Of a stretch of 64,000 nt of DNA, positions 26,252-36,046 are shown one piece after another (the stretch's first letter is position 1; every line of letters begins with the position of its first letter). The stretch is taken from NCBI GenBank assembly GCA_023460615.1, contig JAEWPL010000222.1, positions 21,973 to 85,972 on the forward strand, given 5' to 3'. The notes under the pieces are model-generated. The model had not been told where the DNA came from. It saw nothing but the letters and a program-made list of their open reading frames with translations, and made no database searches. Position numbers and translations under genes: made by a program. This stretch comes from Pseudomonadota bacterium. GTDB lineage: Bacteria > Pseudomonadota > Gammaproteobacteria > Enterobacterales > Succinivibrionaceae.

Positions 26252-29002
26252 GTGACCAAAGTATTGCAAAATCAATACTATATATACAAGATACCATCCA
26301 ACAAAATAACAAAGTTAAAAACGTATAGTTTTAAAGAAGCATCCAAAGATGGTTGCGTTGTCTCTATTGGTGATAATCTTGTATTAGCCAAAATTAGAGA
26401 ATATTATGGGGAAAATGGTGACCACGTTTCTTTATACAATAAAGTGCAAAATATACGTAAAGAAATGAAGAAAATTAGAAAGTTGCCTACAAGCACAGAA
26501 AATGTTGAAGCGATTAGAAATCTTCAATCACAGTTGGATAATCTATTGTTTGTAGACGATATAGTAAATATAAAAGTAGTTACAAAAAAAGAATATAGGG
26601 AATTAGGAAGAAAAGGCTTTGATTTAAACGGTAAACATTATGTGAGATTTATGGTTGGTTCAGGTCAAATGCGTAGAAATACAGTAACATTTATTAATGA
26701 AGAATTATTTGATTATATGCAAGAAAGACTTATGTGTGGTCTTAGTGGTAAAATTAAGACAATTAATTTGGCTAAATTATCTGCATATTTTGCATTATCT
26801 TTTTCATCTGTACTTTGGGTTAGAGAACCTAGGGTGTGTGTTATAAAAGATTTTGACACTGTAATACCAAATCAAAAATTGAACTGGATAAACAAGGGTG
26901 AAGATGGTAATACGGTTACACAGATTTATAAAGATATTAAATTAAATAGTGCTGATGGACAAGGGTTAATTAGTCCAGAGATGGCTAAATTGTGGGCTGA
27001 GGATATGCACTTAAATTATGTGCCTTGTTCATTTGTTGTTAGGACGGCATTTGTAAAGGGCAATCTTGTACCATTTGACTTTAAAGAATATGCTAAAGAA
27101 CATGGCGTCACTACTATCAAAGATAGATATGGTACCGAATATAATGTTGAAGATGTAGATGTGCTTTTATCAGAAAGCCAATTTAAGATGGCTAAGTATT
27201 ATTCATCTTGGGAAGGATATTTAAGTTATCATAAAGCCTATAATTTAAAATGGGGCGTTGCTCGTTATAATAAAGAGTTTGATGATGAGTATGTCCTAAC
27301 TAACTATCAATATATTCAGGTGTTAAACTTAAATAAGGAAGACATAGATGGTTTAATATCATATACAACAAATTGGATAAAAAATATTTGTAGTGGTAAT
27401 TTAGAATATGCTTTGACTTATAATGTAGGGGTGAAAAATCCAGCATTGAGTGTAGATAGCATAATCAATTCTTGTGGTAGCACTTTTACTAAAGCAATTA
27501 TTAAAAATCCAGAGATGTTGAAAGATGGGTTTGTTCAAAGAAAAATATATAACTCTATAAAAGAGAGTATAAGACAAGCGAAGATTGGTCGTATATGGGT
27601 TAAAGGTAATTATTCTTTTATGATTAGTGACCCCGTTGCTCAATGTAGAAGTGCATTAGGTTTAAGTCCTGATGGCTTATTACCAGCCAATCACGTATAT
27701 GGAAATTTCTGGAACAAGCGAGGTGTTTCTGGCGAGGTGTGTCTTTTAAGAAGTCCATTGACACATTATTCAGAAGTTAATGTACAAAAATTGTCGAATA
27801 CAGAAGAAATGCAGAAGTGGTATAAGTATATATATAGTGGTATAATTTATAATATTTATGATATTAGCGTAGTTAAACACGCAGACTCTGATTTTGATGG
27901 CGATATTTGCATGGCGACAGATAATCCATATTTTCTTAAAGGGGCAAAAAGAGAAGAGCTCCCAATTATGTATGACAAAGAAGCAGTCCCAACTCAAAAA
28001 ATAACATTGCCTAATCAAATTAGATGTGATATTAAAGGGTTAGATACTAAGGTTGGCCAGATAACAAATTATTCTACTAGTATGCTGGCGATGTTACCAT
28101 TGTTCAAGGGTGAGAAGCAACAAGACCAAAAACAAGAAATAGAAACACGTTTAAAATTGCTTAGGGAATTGCAAGGGGCAGAAATCGATAAAATTAAAGG
28201 AACCGCCCCACCAAACTTTCCAAAATCTTGGAGACATTGGGTTCACATCAATAAGGATGACGACGATATAACTAAAGCTGAGAAATATAAATATAATTCT
28301 ATGGTTGTAAAAAAGAAGCCATACTTCTTTATATATTTGTATAGTACTCTAATGAATGATTATAAGAACTACGAAAAGAATTTTAACAGCATCAGTCTTA
28401 CACATTTTGGTGTACCAATAAAAGTTTTGTTGAGAAGAAAAGACCATACAGAAGGGGAAATGAATTTACTTAGAAAGTATCGTAAATATTCTCCAGTACT
28501 AGAAACAGATTGTGTGATGAATATCTTGTGTAAAGAAATTGAAAATGTAGAGTTCGATATTAAGTACAAGCCAAATTGTACAAGTTTATTGCCAGAATTT
28601 GCTGATAGAACAGAAATCGATGAAGATAAGATGGTTAAGTTAGTAGAAGTGTATAAAGGATATAAAGCTCAAAAAAAGTATAAAGGCATTGAGGCGTTGG
28701 TCGATAACGAAGGAATACAAGATGATGATATGAATGAAATATTGAGAGGGGTTTTATATGCTAACCGTGATGAATATAAAAACAATATGTTAGATTTATT
28801 TACGTCATCTAAAGAGTTATTTAATCATCTAGTAGTTATGTGCGAACGAAACAACTGGTCTTGTGATTGTATTTGGGATATTGTTGGTGATGATATTATA
28901 GATATTATACCTTATGGAAATACGCAGGTCGTAGTAGAGGATGCCGACGGCTTTGAATATTTGGGGCGTAACTATAAATTAGAGGAGGTAAAGAGATGTT
29001 AA
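26252..29002 (+). CDS. yonO: Single-subunit double-psi-barrel RNA polymerase (YonO-like)
   Basis: Catalytic DSDFDGD, plus DGQGLI, R.AFVKG, LRSP and EIDKIK motifs; sits upstream of an SPbeta-like late operon. Confidence 0.85.
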   Translation: MTKVLQNQYYIYKIPSNKITKLKTYSFKEASKDGCVVSIGDNLVLAKIREYYGENGDHVSLYNKVQNIRKEMKKIRKLPTSTENVEAIRNLQSQLDNLLFVDDIVNIKVVTKKEYRELGRKGFDLNGKHYVRFMVGSGQMRRNTVTFINEELFDYMQERLMCGLSGKIKTINLAKLSAYFALSFSSVLWVREPRVCVIKDFDTVIPNQKLNWINKGEDGNTVTQIYKDIKLNSADGQGLISPEMAKLWAEDMHLNYVPCSFVVRTAFVKGNLVPFDFKEYAKEHGVTTIKDRYGTEYNVEDVDVLLSESQFKMAKYYSSWEGYLSYHKAYNLKWGVARYNKEFDDEYVLTNYQYIQVLNLNKEDIDGLISYTTNWIKNICSGNLEYALTYNVGVKNPALSVDSIINSCGSTFTKAIIKNPEMLKDGFVQRKIYNSIKESIRQAKIGRIWVKGNYSFMISDPVAQCRSALGLSPDGLLPANHVYGNFWNKRGVSGEVCLLRSPLTHYSEVNVQKLSNTEEMQKWYKYIYSGIIYNIYDISVVKHADSDFDGDICMATDNPYFLKGAKREELPIMYDKEAVPTQKITLPNQIRCDIKGLDTKVGQITNYSTSMLAMLPLFKGEKQQDQKQEIETRLKLLRELQGAEIDKIKGTAPPNFPKSWRHWVHINKDDDDITKAEKYKYNSMVVKKKPYFFIYLYSTLMNDYKNYEKNFNSISLTHFGVPIKVLLRRKDHTEGEMNLLRKYRKYSPVLETDCVMNILCKEIENVEFDIKYKPNCTSLLPEFADRTEIDEDKMVKLVEVYKGYKAQKKYKGIEALVDNEGIQDDDMNEILRGVLYANRDEYKNNMLDLFTSSKELFNHLVVMCERNNWSCDCIWDIVGDDIIDIIPYGNTQVVVEDADGFEYLGRNYKLEEVKRC

Positions 29003-29781
29003 TATTTGATGAAAAAAAATATGCAGAGAACATAATTAACAATAAGAGATATAAAACTGTCAAGACGCAAGGTAGAGAGCGTTGCGTTTTAGTTAGATAT
29101 TTAACATCTCTAAACTATTCTGTAGAAGAGATAAAAGAGGTTCTTTTAGAAATACCTATGTCTGGCGGCGAATATTTATCTTCAAAAGATAAAGATGTGA
29201 TTTTTTCAAAGATTATTGCCAAGGCTAATGAATATGAATTTGTAACTAATAAAGTTGTTAAGATATATCAGTCTGAACTTGATATTATAGAACAGGTTGA
29301 GGATGATTATGCTAGGCATCTATTATTTATTTATTTAGTGTATTATAAATGGGCTTCTACTGTCTCTCATTTACAATTTTATAGCAAAAAGAATGATGTC
29401 ATGATGGTAACTGAAAATAATAATGATGTTTGGAAATTGGCAGGGTTATCGAAGTTAAGAGTAGCAGATAGATACAGACTTTGTAATTTGTTGTTTAATA
29501 AAGGACTTTATAAAATAGATAATTTTAAAGCCTATAATTATATCTACATTCCATTTGTTGAGGATGATGGAGATGTAGCTATAGAGATTTCAAACTTTGA
29601 CAATATATTAGGCGAATTATTAATTTATGAAAAACCAACCGAATACAAGAGATGTGTTGTTTGTAATACTGTAATCAAAAAAACGCGTTCTCCTAAAAAA
29701 TATTGTATTAATTGTGCTTACAAGGAAAACTTAAGAAAGACAAAAGAAAGAAAAAGTGGTTTGAAAACCCAATCGTCTTAA
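28996..29781 (+). CDS. Hypothetical protein with C-terminal zinc ribbon, coupled to the RNAP gene
   Basis: CVVC...KYCINC; overlaps the RNAP stop. Confidence 0.75.
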   Translation: MLIFDEKKYAENIINNKRYKTVKTQGRERCVLVRYLTSLNYSVEEIKEVLLEIPMSGGEYLSSKDKDVIFSKIIAKANEYEFVTNKVVKIYQSELDIIEQVEDDYARHLLFIYLVYYKWASTVSHLQFYSKKNDVMMVTENNNDVWKLAGLSKLRVADRYRLCNLLFNKGLYKIDNFKAYNYIYIPFVEDDGDVAIEISNFDNILGELLIYEKPTEYKRCVVCNTVIKKTRSPKKYCINCAYKENLRKTKERKSGLKTQSS

Positions 29782-29876
29782 ACCCCTTATTTTACTAGGC
29801 AAACGTACGTTCTATCAAAAAATATTATTAATGAAAGAGAAAAAATAAGAAAATCCAGTAAAAAAGGAGAGTATGT

Positions 29877-31055
29877 ATGGAAGCATTTAAAAGATTAGAA
29901 AATGAAGATGAAAATGCGTACATATGGCGTGTGTGTGACAACAAAGATTTAATAGGTACTTGGCAAGACGTTTGTGATTTATTAAATTCAGAATTAAATC
30001 ACGATTATAATGAGTCTTGGTATAGAAAGATGTATCAAAGTTTTATGATGATGTTTGATGCGATAAAAAGTAAATATTTCGATGATGAACAAATACATAA
30101 AATAGAACAGAAAAAACAAGAGCTTATTAAAGAGCGTTTTCGTTTAAACGATGAGCGTGTAGCATATAATAGAGCATTACGCAATGACGCAAGATTAGAA
30201 AGTAGATTAGATAAATTAGAGGAAGCTATATTGGACTTTGGTAAAGAAGCCTATGTTAGTAGCCCAGTAAAAACTATAAAATCAGACAATGATTTATTAG
30301 TTATTTTGAGTGACCTCCATATAGGACAGACGTTTGATAGTTTTGGTGGTAAATATAATACGGATATAGCAAAGCAAAGATTGTGTAAATATTTAGACGA
30401 GATAATTGCTTTAAGAGATATATATAATTCTGAAAATTGTTATGTGTCTTTACAAGGGGATTTAATTAGTAATTCAATTCATAAGACTATAGCAATTACC
30501 AATCAAGAGAACGTTATACAACAAATTAAAAAAGCTAGTGAACTTGTTACTATGTTTGTTTATGAATTAAGTAAACATTTTAATAAGGTTATGGTTACAA
30601 GCGTAAGCGGTAATCATTCACGTTTAGATAAAAAAGAAGACGCACTGAAAGATGAGCGTTTAGATGATATTGTGATTTGGTATATGAATGCTGCATTAAG
30701 TGGTGTAAACAATGTAGAATTAAAGACAAACAATGAAGATAGTACTTTTGCTGAAATGGATATTAGAGGAAAAAAGTACATTAATGTTCACGGAGATTAT
30801 GACGCTTTTTCTAAAGCTGGTATAGCAAGTTTGTCAATGATGTTAGGATATTTTCCATACGCCATCACATTTGGGCACCTACATACTTGTGCTATGCAGG
30901 ATGAAGGTGGCGTAAAAATACTTAGAGGTGGTAGCTTGGCTGGTAGCGGCGACGATTATACAATTCAAAAGAGGTTACCTGGCAATGCCACACAAATGGT
31001 CTGTGTTTGTACTGCTGATGGCATAAAATCATATAATGTTATAGAACTAAGTTAG
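29877..31055 (+). CDS. Calcineurin-like metallophosphoesterase (YonJ-like)
   Basis: SDLHIG, GDLI, GNHS, HGD, GHLH. Confidence 0.85.
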   Translation: MEAFKRLENEDENAYIWRVCDNKDLIGTWQDVCDLLNSELNHDYNESWYRKMYQSFMMMFDAIKSKYFDDEQIHKIEQKKQELIKERFRLNDERVAYNRALRNDARLESRLDKLEEAILDFGKEAYVSSPVKTIKSDNDLLVILSDLHIGQTFDSFGGKYNTDIAKQRLCKYLDEIIALRDIYNSENCYVSLQGDLISNSIHKTIAITNQENVIQQIKKASELVTMFVYELSKHFNKVMVTSVSGNHSRLDKKEDALKDERLDDIVIWYMNAALSGVNNVELKTNNEDSTFAEMDIRGKKYINVHGDYDAFSKAGIASLSMMLGYFPYAITFGHLHTCAMQDEGGVKILRGGSLAGSGDDYTIQKRLPGNATQMVCVCTADGIKSYNVIELS

Positions 31056-31088
31056 TCTTAGTTTTTTTTATTTTTGAAAGAAAGGTGA

Positions 31089-31928
31089 ATGCACGTGGCA
31101 ACTAAATATAAGAAGCCTATAAAAAAAGTTGAGGGTCAACAAAAAGTTATTTGTCAAAATAAAGATTGCGATAAAATGGGCAAGCACTTAAGTGTGGATG
31201 ATTTTTATAAATCACGTAATGCTATGGTGCAACACCATCCTTATTGCAAAGATTGTGTTAATAAAATGATTGACGTTAATAATTTAGAGTCAGTATATAG
31301 TGTATTAAAAGTGTTAGACACTCCTTTTATAATGGATATTTGGAATGATGTGTGTAATTCTGGTACAACCAATTATATGGGAGATTATTTAAGGGCTATA
31401 AATTTTACATATAGAAAAAAATATGCGGGTATGGGTTTTGACGATAGTATATTTGAATTATCTGAAAACGAAGAAATAAGTAATAATGTACAGGCTGCTT
31501 TTGATGATACTCCAGTTTGGAGTGATGAGTGGCAAGGCAAGTACACTAAGTCTGACTTAAAATATTTAAACGATTATTATAATGGATTACAAAATGATTT
31601 TAAAATAATCACTACAAACCATAGAGATTATGCTAGAAAAATTGCTCAAGCATCTTTGTCTCAAATGAAAGCATATCAACATTTATTACAGGGTGAAGAG
31701 GGTGCCGACTTAGCATACGAAAAAGCTACTAAAATATTTGATATGTTATCTAAATCAGCTCAATTTGCTGAAAGCCAACGTGGAGCTAATGATGTTGCTT
31801 TAGGTTGTTTTGGTAGAGTATTTGATGCAGTTGAAAAACACAATTGGGTTCCAGAGTATATTCCAACTGATGAAGATATGTATGACAAGTTATTAAATCA
31901 ATTCTCTAATATTGAGAGGAGTTTATAA
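31089..31928 (+). CDS. Probable terminase small subunit (YonG-like)
   Basis: N-terminal Cys motif (C...C...FY...PYCKDC); immediately upstream of the large terminase. Confidence 0.55.
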   Translation: MHVATKYKKPIKKVEGQQKVICQNKDCDKMGKHLSVDDFYKSRNAMVQHHPYCKDCVNKMIDVNNLESVYSVLKVLDTPFIMDIWNDVCNSGTTNYMGDYLRAINFTYRKKYAGMGFDDSIFELSENEEISNNVQAAFDDTPVWSDEWQGKYTKSDLKYLNDYYNGLQNDFKIITTNHRDYARKIAQASLSQMKAYQHLLQGEEGADLAYEKATKIFDMLSKSAQFAESQRGANDVALGCFGRVFDAVEKHNWVPEYIPTDEDMYDKLLNQFSNIERSL

Positions 31929-33688
31929 TGGCTTCATATAAAAATTTTAGTCAAAAAAGAAGAGCTGCACAAACTTGGGCATATAATGATACTGATAATC
32001 CATTAAGTTATGACCCAATTAATAATGAAAAAATTGACTATGAAGAATGGACAAAATTCTTATCATACTATAGATATTATATAGATAAATTTGCCGTAGA
32101 TATTTTAGGAGTAAACTTATTTCCATTTCAAAGATTAATAATGAGGGCTATGGCAAGATACCCTAATGCAATGTTAATATGCTGTCGTGGTTTAGGTAAA
32201 TCTTGGCTGTGTGCTTTGTTTATGATATGCATGGCAATTCTTTATCCTGGTATGGCTGTCGGAATTGTTTCTGGAAATGGAAATCAAGCACGTATGGTTA
32301 TCAAACAAAAAATAGAGGGTGAGTTGCAAAAGAACGAAAATATCAAGAGAGAAATATCAAACATAAAGACGAGTACTGATGACTGTATAGTAACTCTCAA
32401 AAACGGCAGTTCTATACGTGCTATTACTTTAGGTACCAATCAAAAAGGCGATAATGCTCGTGGTTGGCGTTTCCAATTAGTCTTGGTGGACGAAGCGAGA
32501 TTAGTTAAAGATAACACTTTAACAGAGGTTATTCGTCCGATGATAAAGACGCCAAGACAAAATGCAATTGATTTACACGACAAATATCCAGAGAACCCTA
32601 TTGAGAAGGGTAGAATGATTTATATTTCTTCTGCTTGGTTAAAGACTTGTGACTTATACCAAAAGTTTTTAAATTTCTATCATTCAATGATTAGCGGAGA
32701 TAAGCACTACTTTGTAGCGAGTTTGGATTATAAAGTAGGAATTGATGCGGGTTTATTTTCTCAAGAAGAAATAGATATAGAAAAAGAAAGTCCAGATATG
32801 TCTTTAGATAAATTTGCTTATGAATATGAAGGAACATTTGTTGGTAGTTCTAACGATAGTTATTATCCATATTCATTAACAAATAAATGTCGTGTCTTAG
32901 ATAGGTGTGAATTATTACAACCTAAGAAGACACAGTATTCATATGTAATTACACACGACGTTGCCGTATCAACTAAAGCTGGTTCCGATAATTCGTGTAC
33001 ACACGTTATTAAGTTAATACCAAAAAGTAATGGTACATTTGATAAGCACGTTGTTTTTACAAAGACATTAAATGGAGCTAGTTTAAAAGAACAAAGGGAC
33101 TTATTGCGTGAGTTATTACACATTAGGTTCCCTAATACAGAAAAACTCGTAATTGACGTTCGTAGTGCTGGACAAGGATTGCTTTCTTTATTGGAAGAGC
33201 CTTGGTCTTATCGTAATGAAAGAGGAGATATTGAAGAATATCCACCGTTAATTCAGGACGATGATGAAGAGACGATGAGAACCTTGCCTAACGCAGAACC
33301 AATTATTAGAGGTATTCAAGCAACTGCTGATTTTAACAGTACTTATTATCCTTATATGAAAAGTTGTTTTGAAGACCAGAGTTTGAAATTATTAGTTGAT
33401 AGTAATGAGACAGATGAACTATATAAAGCTGGAAAGTATACAGCTGAAGAACAAGTAATGCACGTTGAACACGATAATTTAATGCAAGAGCTTAGTAATA
33501 TTAAAAGAGACTTCGGTCTTAATGGTCAGATATTATATGACCGTATTGTTAAATCTGCTAAACGTGACCGTGCGACATCTTTAATGTACGGGTTGTCTGT
33601 TGTGTTTGAATATGAAAAACAAGGTAAGGCCGATATAGGTAGAACAGAAGTTGACACCTTAAAATATTTGGCTGGATACATTTATTAG
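31928..33688 (+). CDS. terL: Terminase large subunit
   Basis: LFPFQ, RGLGKS Walker A, LVDEA Walker B, C-terminal nuclease acidic residues (HDVA, KRDR). Confidence 0.9.
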   Translation: MASYKNFSQKRRAAQTWAYNDTDNPLSYDPINNEKIDYEEWTKFLSYYRYYIDKFAVDILGVNLFPFQRLIMRAMARYPNAMLICCRGLGKSWLCALFMICMAILYPGMAVGIVSGNGNQARMVIKQKIEGELQKNENIKREISNIKTSTDDCIVTLKNGSSIRAITLGTNQKGDNARGWRFQLVLVDEARLVKDNTLTEVIRPMIKTPRQNAIDLHDKYPENPIEKGRMIYISSAWLKTCDLYQKFLNFYHSMISGDKHYFVASLDYKVGIDAGLFSQEEIDIEKESPDMSLDKFAYEYEGTFVGSSNDSYYPYSLTNKCRVLDRCELLQPKKTQYSYVITHDVAVSTKAGSDNSCTHVIKLIPKSNGTFDKHVVFTKTLNGASLKEQRDLLRELLHIRFPNTEKLVIDVRSAGQGLLSLLEEPWSYRNERGDIEEYPPLIQDDDEETMRTLPNAEPIIRGIQATADFNSTYYPYMKSCFEDQSLKLLVDSNETDELYKAGKYTAEEQVMHVEHDNLMQELSNIKRDFGLNGQILYDRIVKSAKRDRATSLMYGLSVVFEYEKQGKADIGRTEVDTLKYLAGYIY

Positions 33689-33705
33689 GAAGGGCAGGTG
33701 TAATA

Positions 33706-35304
33706 ATGAGTAAGAAAAAAGATAATAATAATAAGGTTCTTTTGTCTGAGAATGAAGTTGTAGAAACTTTAGAAGCTGTACAAAGAGCGTTCGATGTATT
33801 AGATTTCGCTAAAGGATATAACGATGGTGTTTATAGTCCTATGACGCAAAATACATTAATGAAGAACTTAAATATTTCTTCTGTTGTGCCAGATAGAGCT
33901 GGTATTGAAGAAGCATTAAAAGACCCAGCAAATCACGAAACGTCATTAGTATCTTATGGTCAGTCATATTATTTTAGCAGTCTAATGTATAAACGTAATT
34001 TAGAATACATTGCGAATTTACCTGCTTTTGACCTAGAAATGACTTGTATCAATGCTACAGCCGCTGATTATAACACAACCAAATATAAAAACGATTATAA
34101 AGCCATTGCAAACTTTCTGGATAAATTTGATTATAGAGCTCAATTTAAAGAGGTTCTATGGAATTTATTAATGGAAGAAACATATTATGGCATCTTTAGA
34201 AAGTTTGACAGCAAAAGCGTATTACAACAATGGCCTTGGAAGTATGCTAAAGTCACTGGTAAATTTGAATATGGTTTATTATATGATATTGATATGAACT
34301 ATTTTTTACAAGGGATTGTAGACTTAAACTGCTATCCAGATTGGTTAAAAAAGAAATATAAAGAGGTTTTTAGTGCTGATACAAACGCTTATAAGCCAGG
34401 TAATAAATTGAATAATAGAACTGGTAAATTTGCAACTTGGGTTCAAACATCACCAGAAGAAGGTTTTTGGTGTTTTAAATTTAATCCAAAACATTCATTA
34501 CAGGTTCCATTCTTTAGTGCAATGCTGCCAGAGATGGCTGTTGTTCCTTTGATGAGAAGATTGCAAGTTGACCAAAGTATGGCTGCTGCTCGTAAATTAT
34601 TAGTAAGTTCAGTGCCATATTTAAAAGAGAAGAAATCTTCTAGTGTCGCTAATCAATTAGCTATTGATGCCGATGTTTTAGGTAAATTCATCGGTTTAGC
34701 AGCACAAGGAATTGAGAATGCTATTAAGATTTTAGCATTACCAACAGAGGATATTAAGGGTGTAGAATTTGAAAATACAGATAAAGACACCTATAAAAAC
34801 TTTATGGCGATTACAAGTTCATTATTAAGTGGAGGCAAGGTAATATTTTCTACTGATGAAAATCAAAATGCTATAGAAACACAATTATCATTGAACTTAG
34901 ATGAGCTGTTAGCGGAGTCGATTTATCCTCAATTTGAAGAATTTTTAAATTACTTTGCAAATAAAGAAACAAAGAAGTTTAAATGGAAATTTAGATTTGT
35001 TGGATGCAATGACCAATTTGATAGACTAAGACGCCAAAATGAAGCTTTCACTTATGCCGATAAGGGTGTCGTGTTACCAAATAAGATAGCGTCGTCTTTA
35101 GGATTAAATAAAATAGAATTAGAAAGAGAACTAGAAGAGGCAAATGCTACAGGATTTACTGATAAGTTAATGATGATGGTCAATATAAATACAATGTCGC
35201 CTAATAATGCTGGTCGTCCCACTAAAGACGATGCAGATTTAACAGACAGCGGGGCAAAGACTAGGTCTAATGCTTCAAATATTGAAAAAGGCGGAAAGGT
35301 TTAA
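33706..35304 (+). CDS. Portal protein
   Basis: 532 aa directly after terL; C-terminal AGRP tail; SPbeta-like gene order. Confidence 0.8.
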   Translation: MSKKKDNNNKVLLSENEVVETLEAVQRAFDVLDFAKGYNDGVYSPMTQNTLMKNLNISSVVPDRAGIEEALKDPANHETSLVSYGQSYYFSSLMYKRNLEYIANLPAFDLEMTCINATAADYNTTKYKNDYKAIANFLDKFDYRAQFKEVLWNLLMEETYYGIFRKFDSKSVLQQWPWKYAKVTGKFEYGLLYDIDMNYFLQGIVDLNCYPDWLKKKYKEVFSADTNAYKPGNKLNNRTGKFATWVQTSPEEGFWCFKFNPKHSLQVPFFSAMLPEMAVVPLMRRLQVDQSMAAARKLLVSSVPYLKEKKSSSVANQLAIDADVLGKFIGLAAQGIENAIKILALPTEDIKGVEFENTDKDTYKNFMAITSSLLSGGKVIFSTDENQNAIETQLSLNLDELLAESIYPQFEEFLNYFANKETKKFKWKFRFVGCNDQFDRLRRQNEAFTYADKGVVLPNKIASSLGLNKIELERELEEANATGFTDKLMMMVNINTMSPNNAGRPTKDDADLTDSGAKTRSNASNIEKGGKV

Positions 35305-35316
35305 GGAGGTTAGAGT

Positions 35317-35835
35317 ATGAGTGAAGGACTTATTTCAAAAGAAATGAAAGCGTCTTTGGAAAAAATAATTTCACACTGTTTTTATTGCAATCGTATGCTT
35401 GATAGAATGTGTAGTATTCTATCCGTAACTTTCGTAATGCCTATCACATCTAATATTCTTCATCACAAATTAGCACATCTTTATCCAGTATTAGCAGATG
35501 ATATTTCTGACTATATGGATGCTAGAGATTGTACTACAGTTTATGGAGAAACTCCTAAAGGAGACCAAGATTATGATACAGCATTAGATTGTTTTAATAA
35601 GATGCTAGAAATTAATTTAAAATTGGAGTCGTTAGTAAAAGACTCTATTACTTTGGCACAAAATATAAATGATTATAGTACTAAAGTAATGTTAGAACAA
35701 TTTATATTAAAAATTACTCATATCACAAAAGATATTTTATTATTAGTTGATAAAGCAGAAATGTATGGAGACAGTGATGCTTCTATGATGAAGTTTGACC
35801 ACGATATGCCATCATTTAATGTTTTTGGAGAGTAA
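35317..35835 (+). CDS. Ferritin/Dps-like four-helix-bundle protein
   Basis: Helical pattern H..AH.Y...AD.I..Y...E.....LE...A....DY.T...LE. Confidence 0.55.
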   Translation: MSEGLISKEMKASLEKIISHCFYCNRMLDRMCSILSVTFVMPITSNILHHKLAHLYPVLADDISDYMDARDCTTVYGETPKGDQDYDTALDCFNKMLEINLKLESLVKDSITLAQNINDYSTKVMLEQFILKITHITKDILLLVDKAEMYGDSDASMMKFDHDMPSFNVFGE

Positions 35836-35836
35836 T

Positions 35837-36046
35837 ATGTTTATTTCTAATTTAAACAATAAAGATAAAAAATATTATGAATGTGGTAAGATTGTGGGTA
35901 ATTATTTAATTAAAAATGGCATTCCAATGTTGGCACGTGAAGATGGGCTAATGTTGTTTGCAAAAACAAAAAGACTTCAAAAGGTCATTGATGATATGCC
36001 TTTGTATTTACAACTTCTAATTAAAGGGGGTGTTATCAATGGATAA
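35837..36046 (+). CDS. Small hypothetical protein
   Basis: Start MFISNL after GGAG RBS. Confidence 0.7.
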   Translation: MFISNLNNKDKKYYECGKIVGNYLIKNGIPMLAREDGLMLFAKTKRLQKVIDDMPLYLQLLIKGGVING

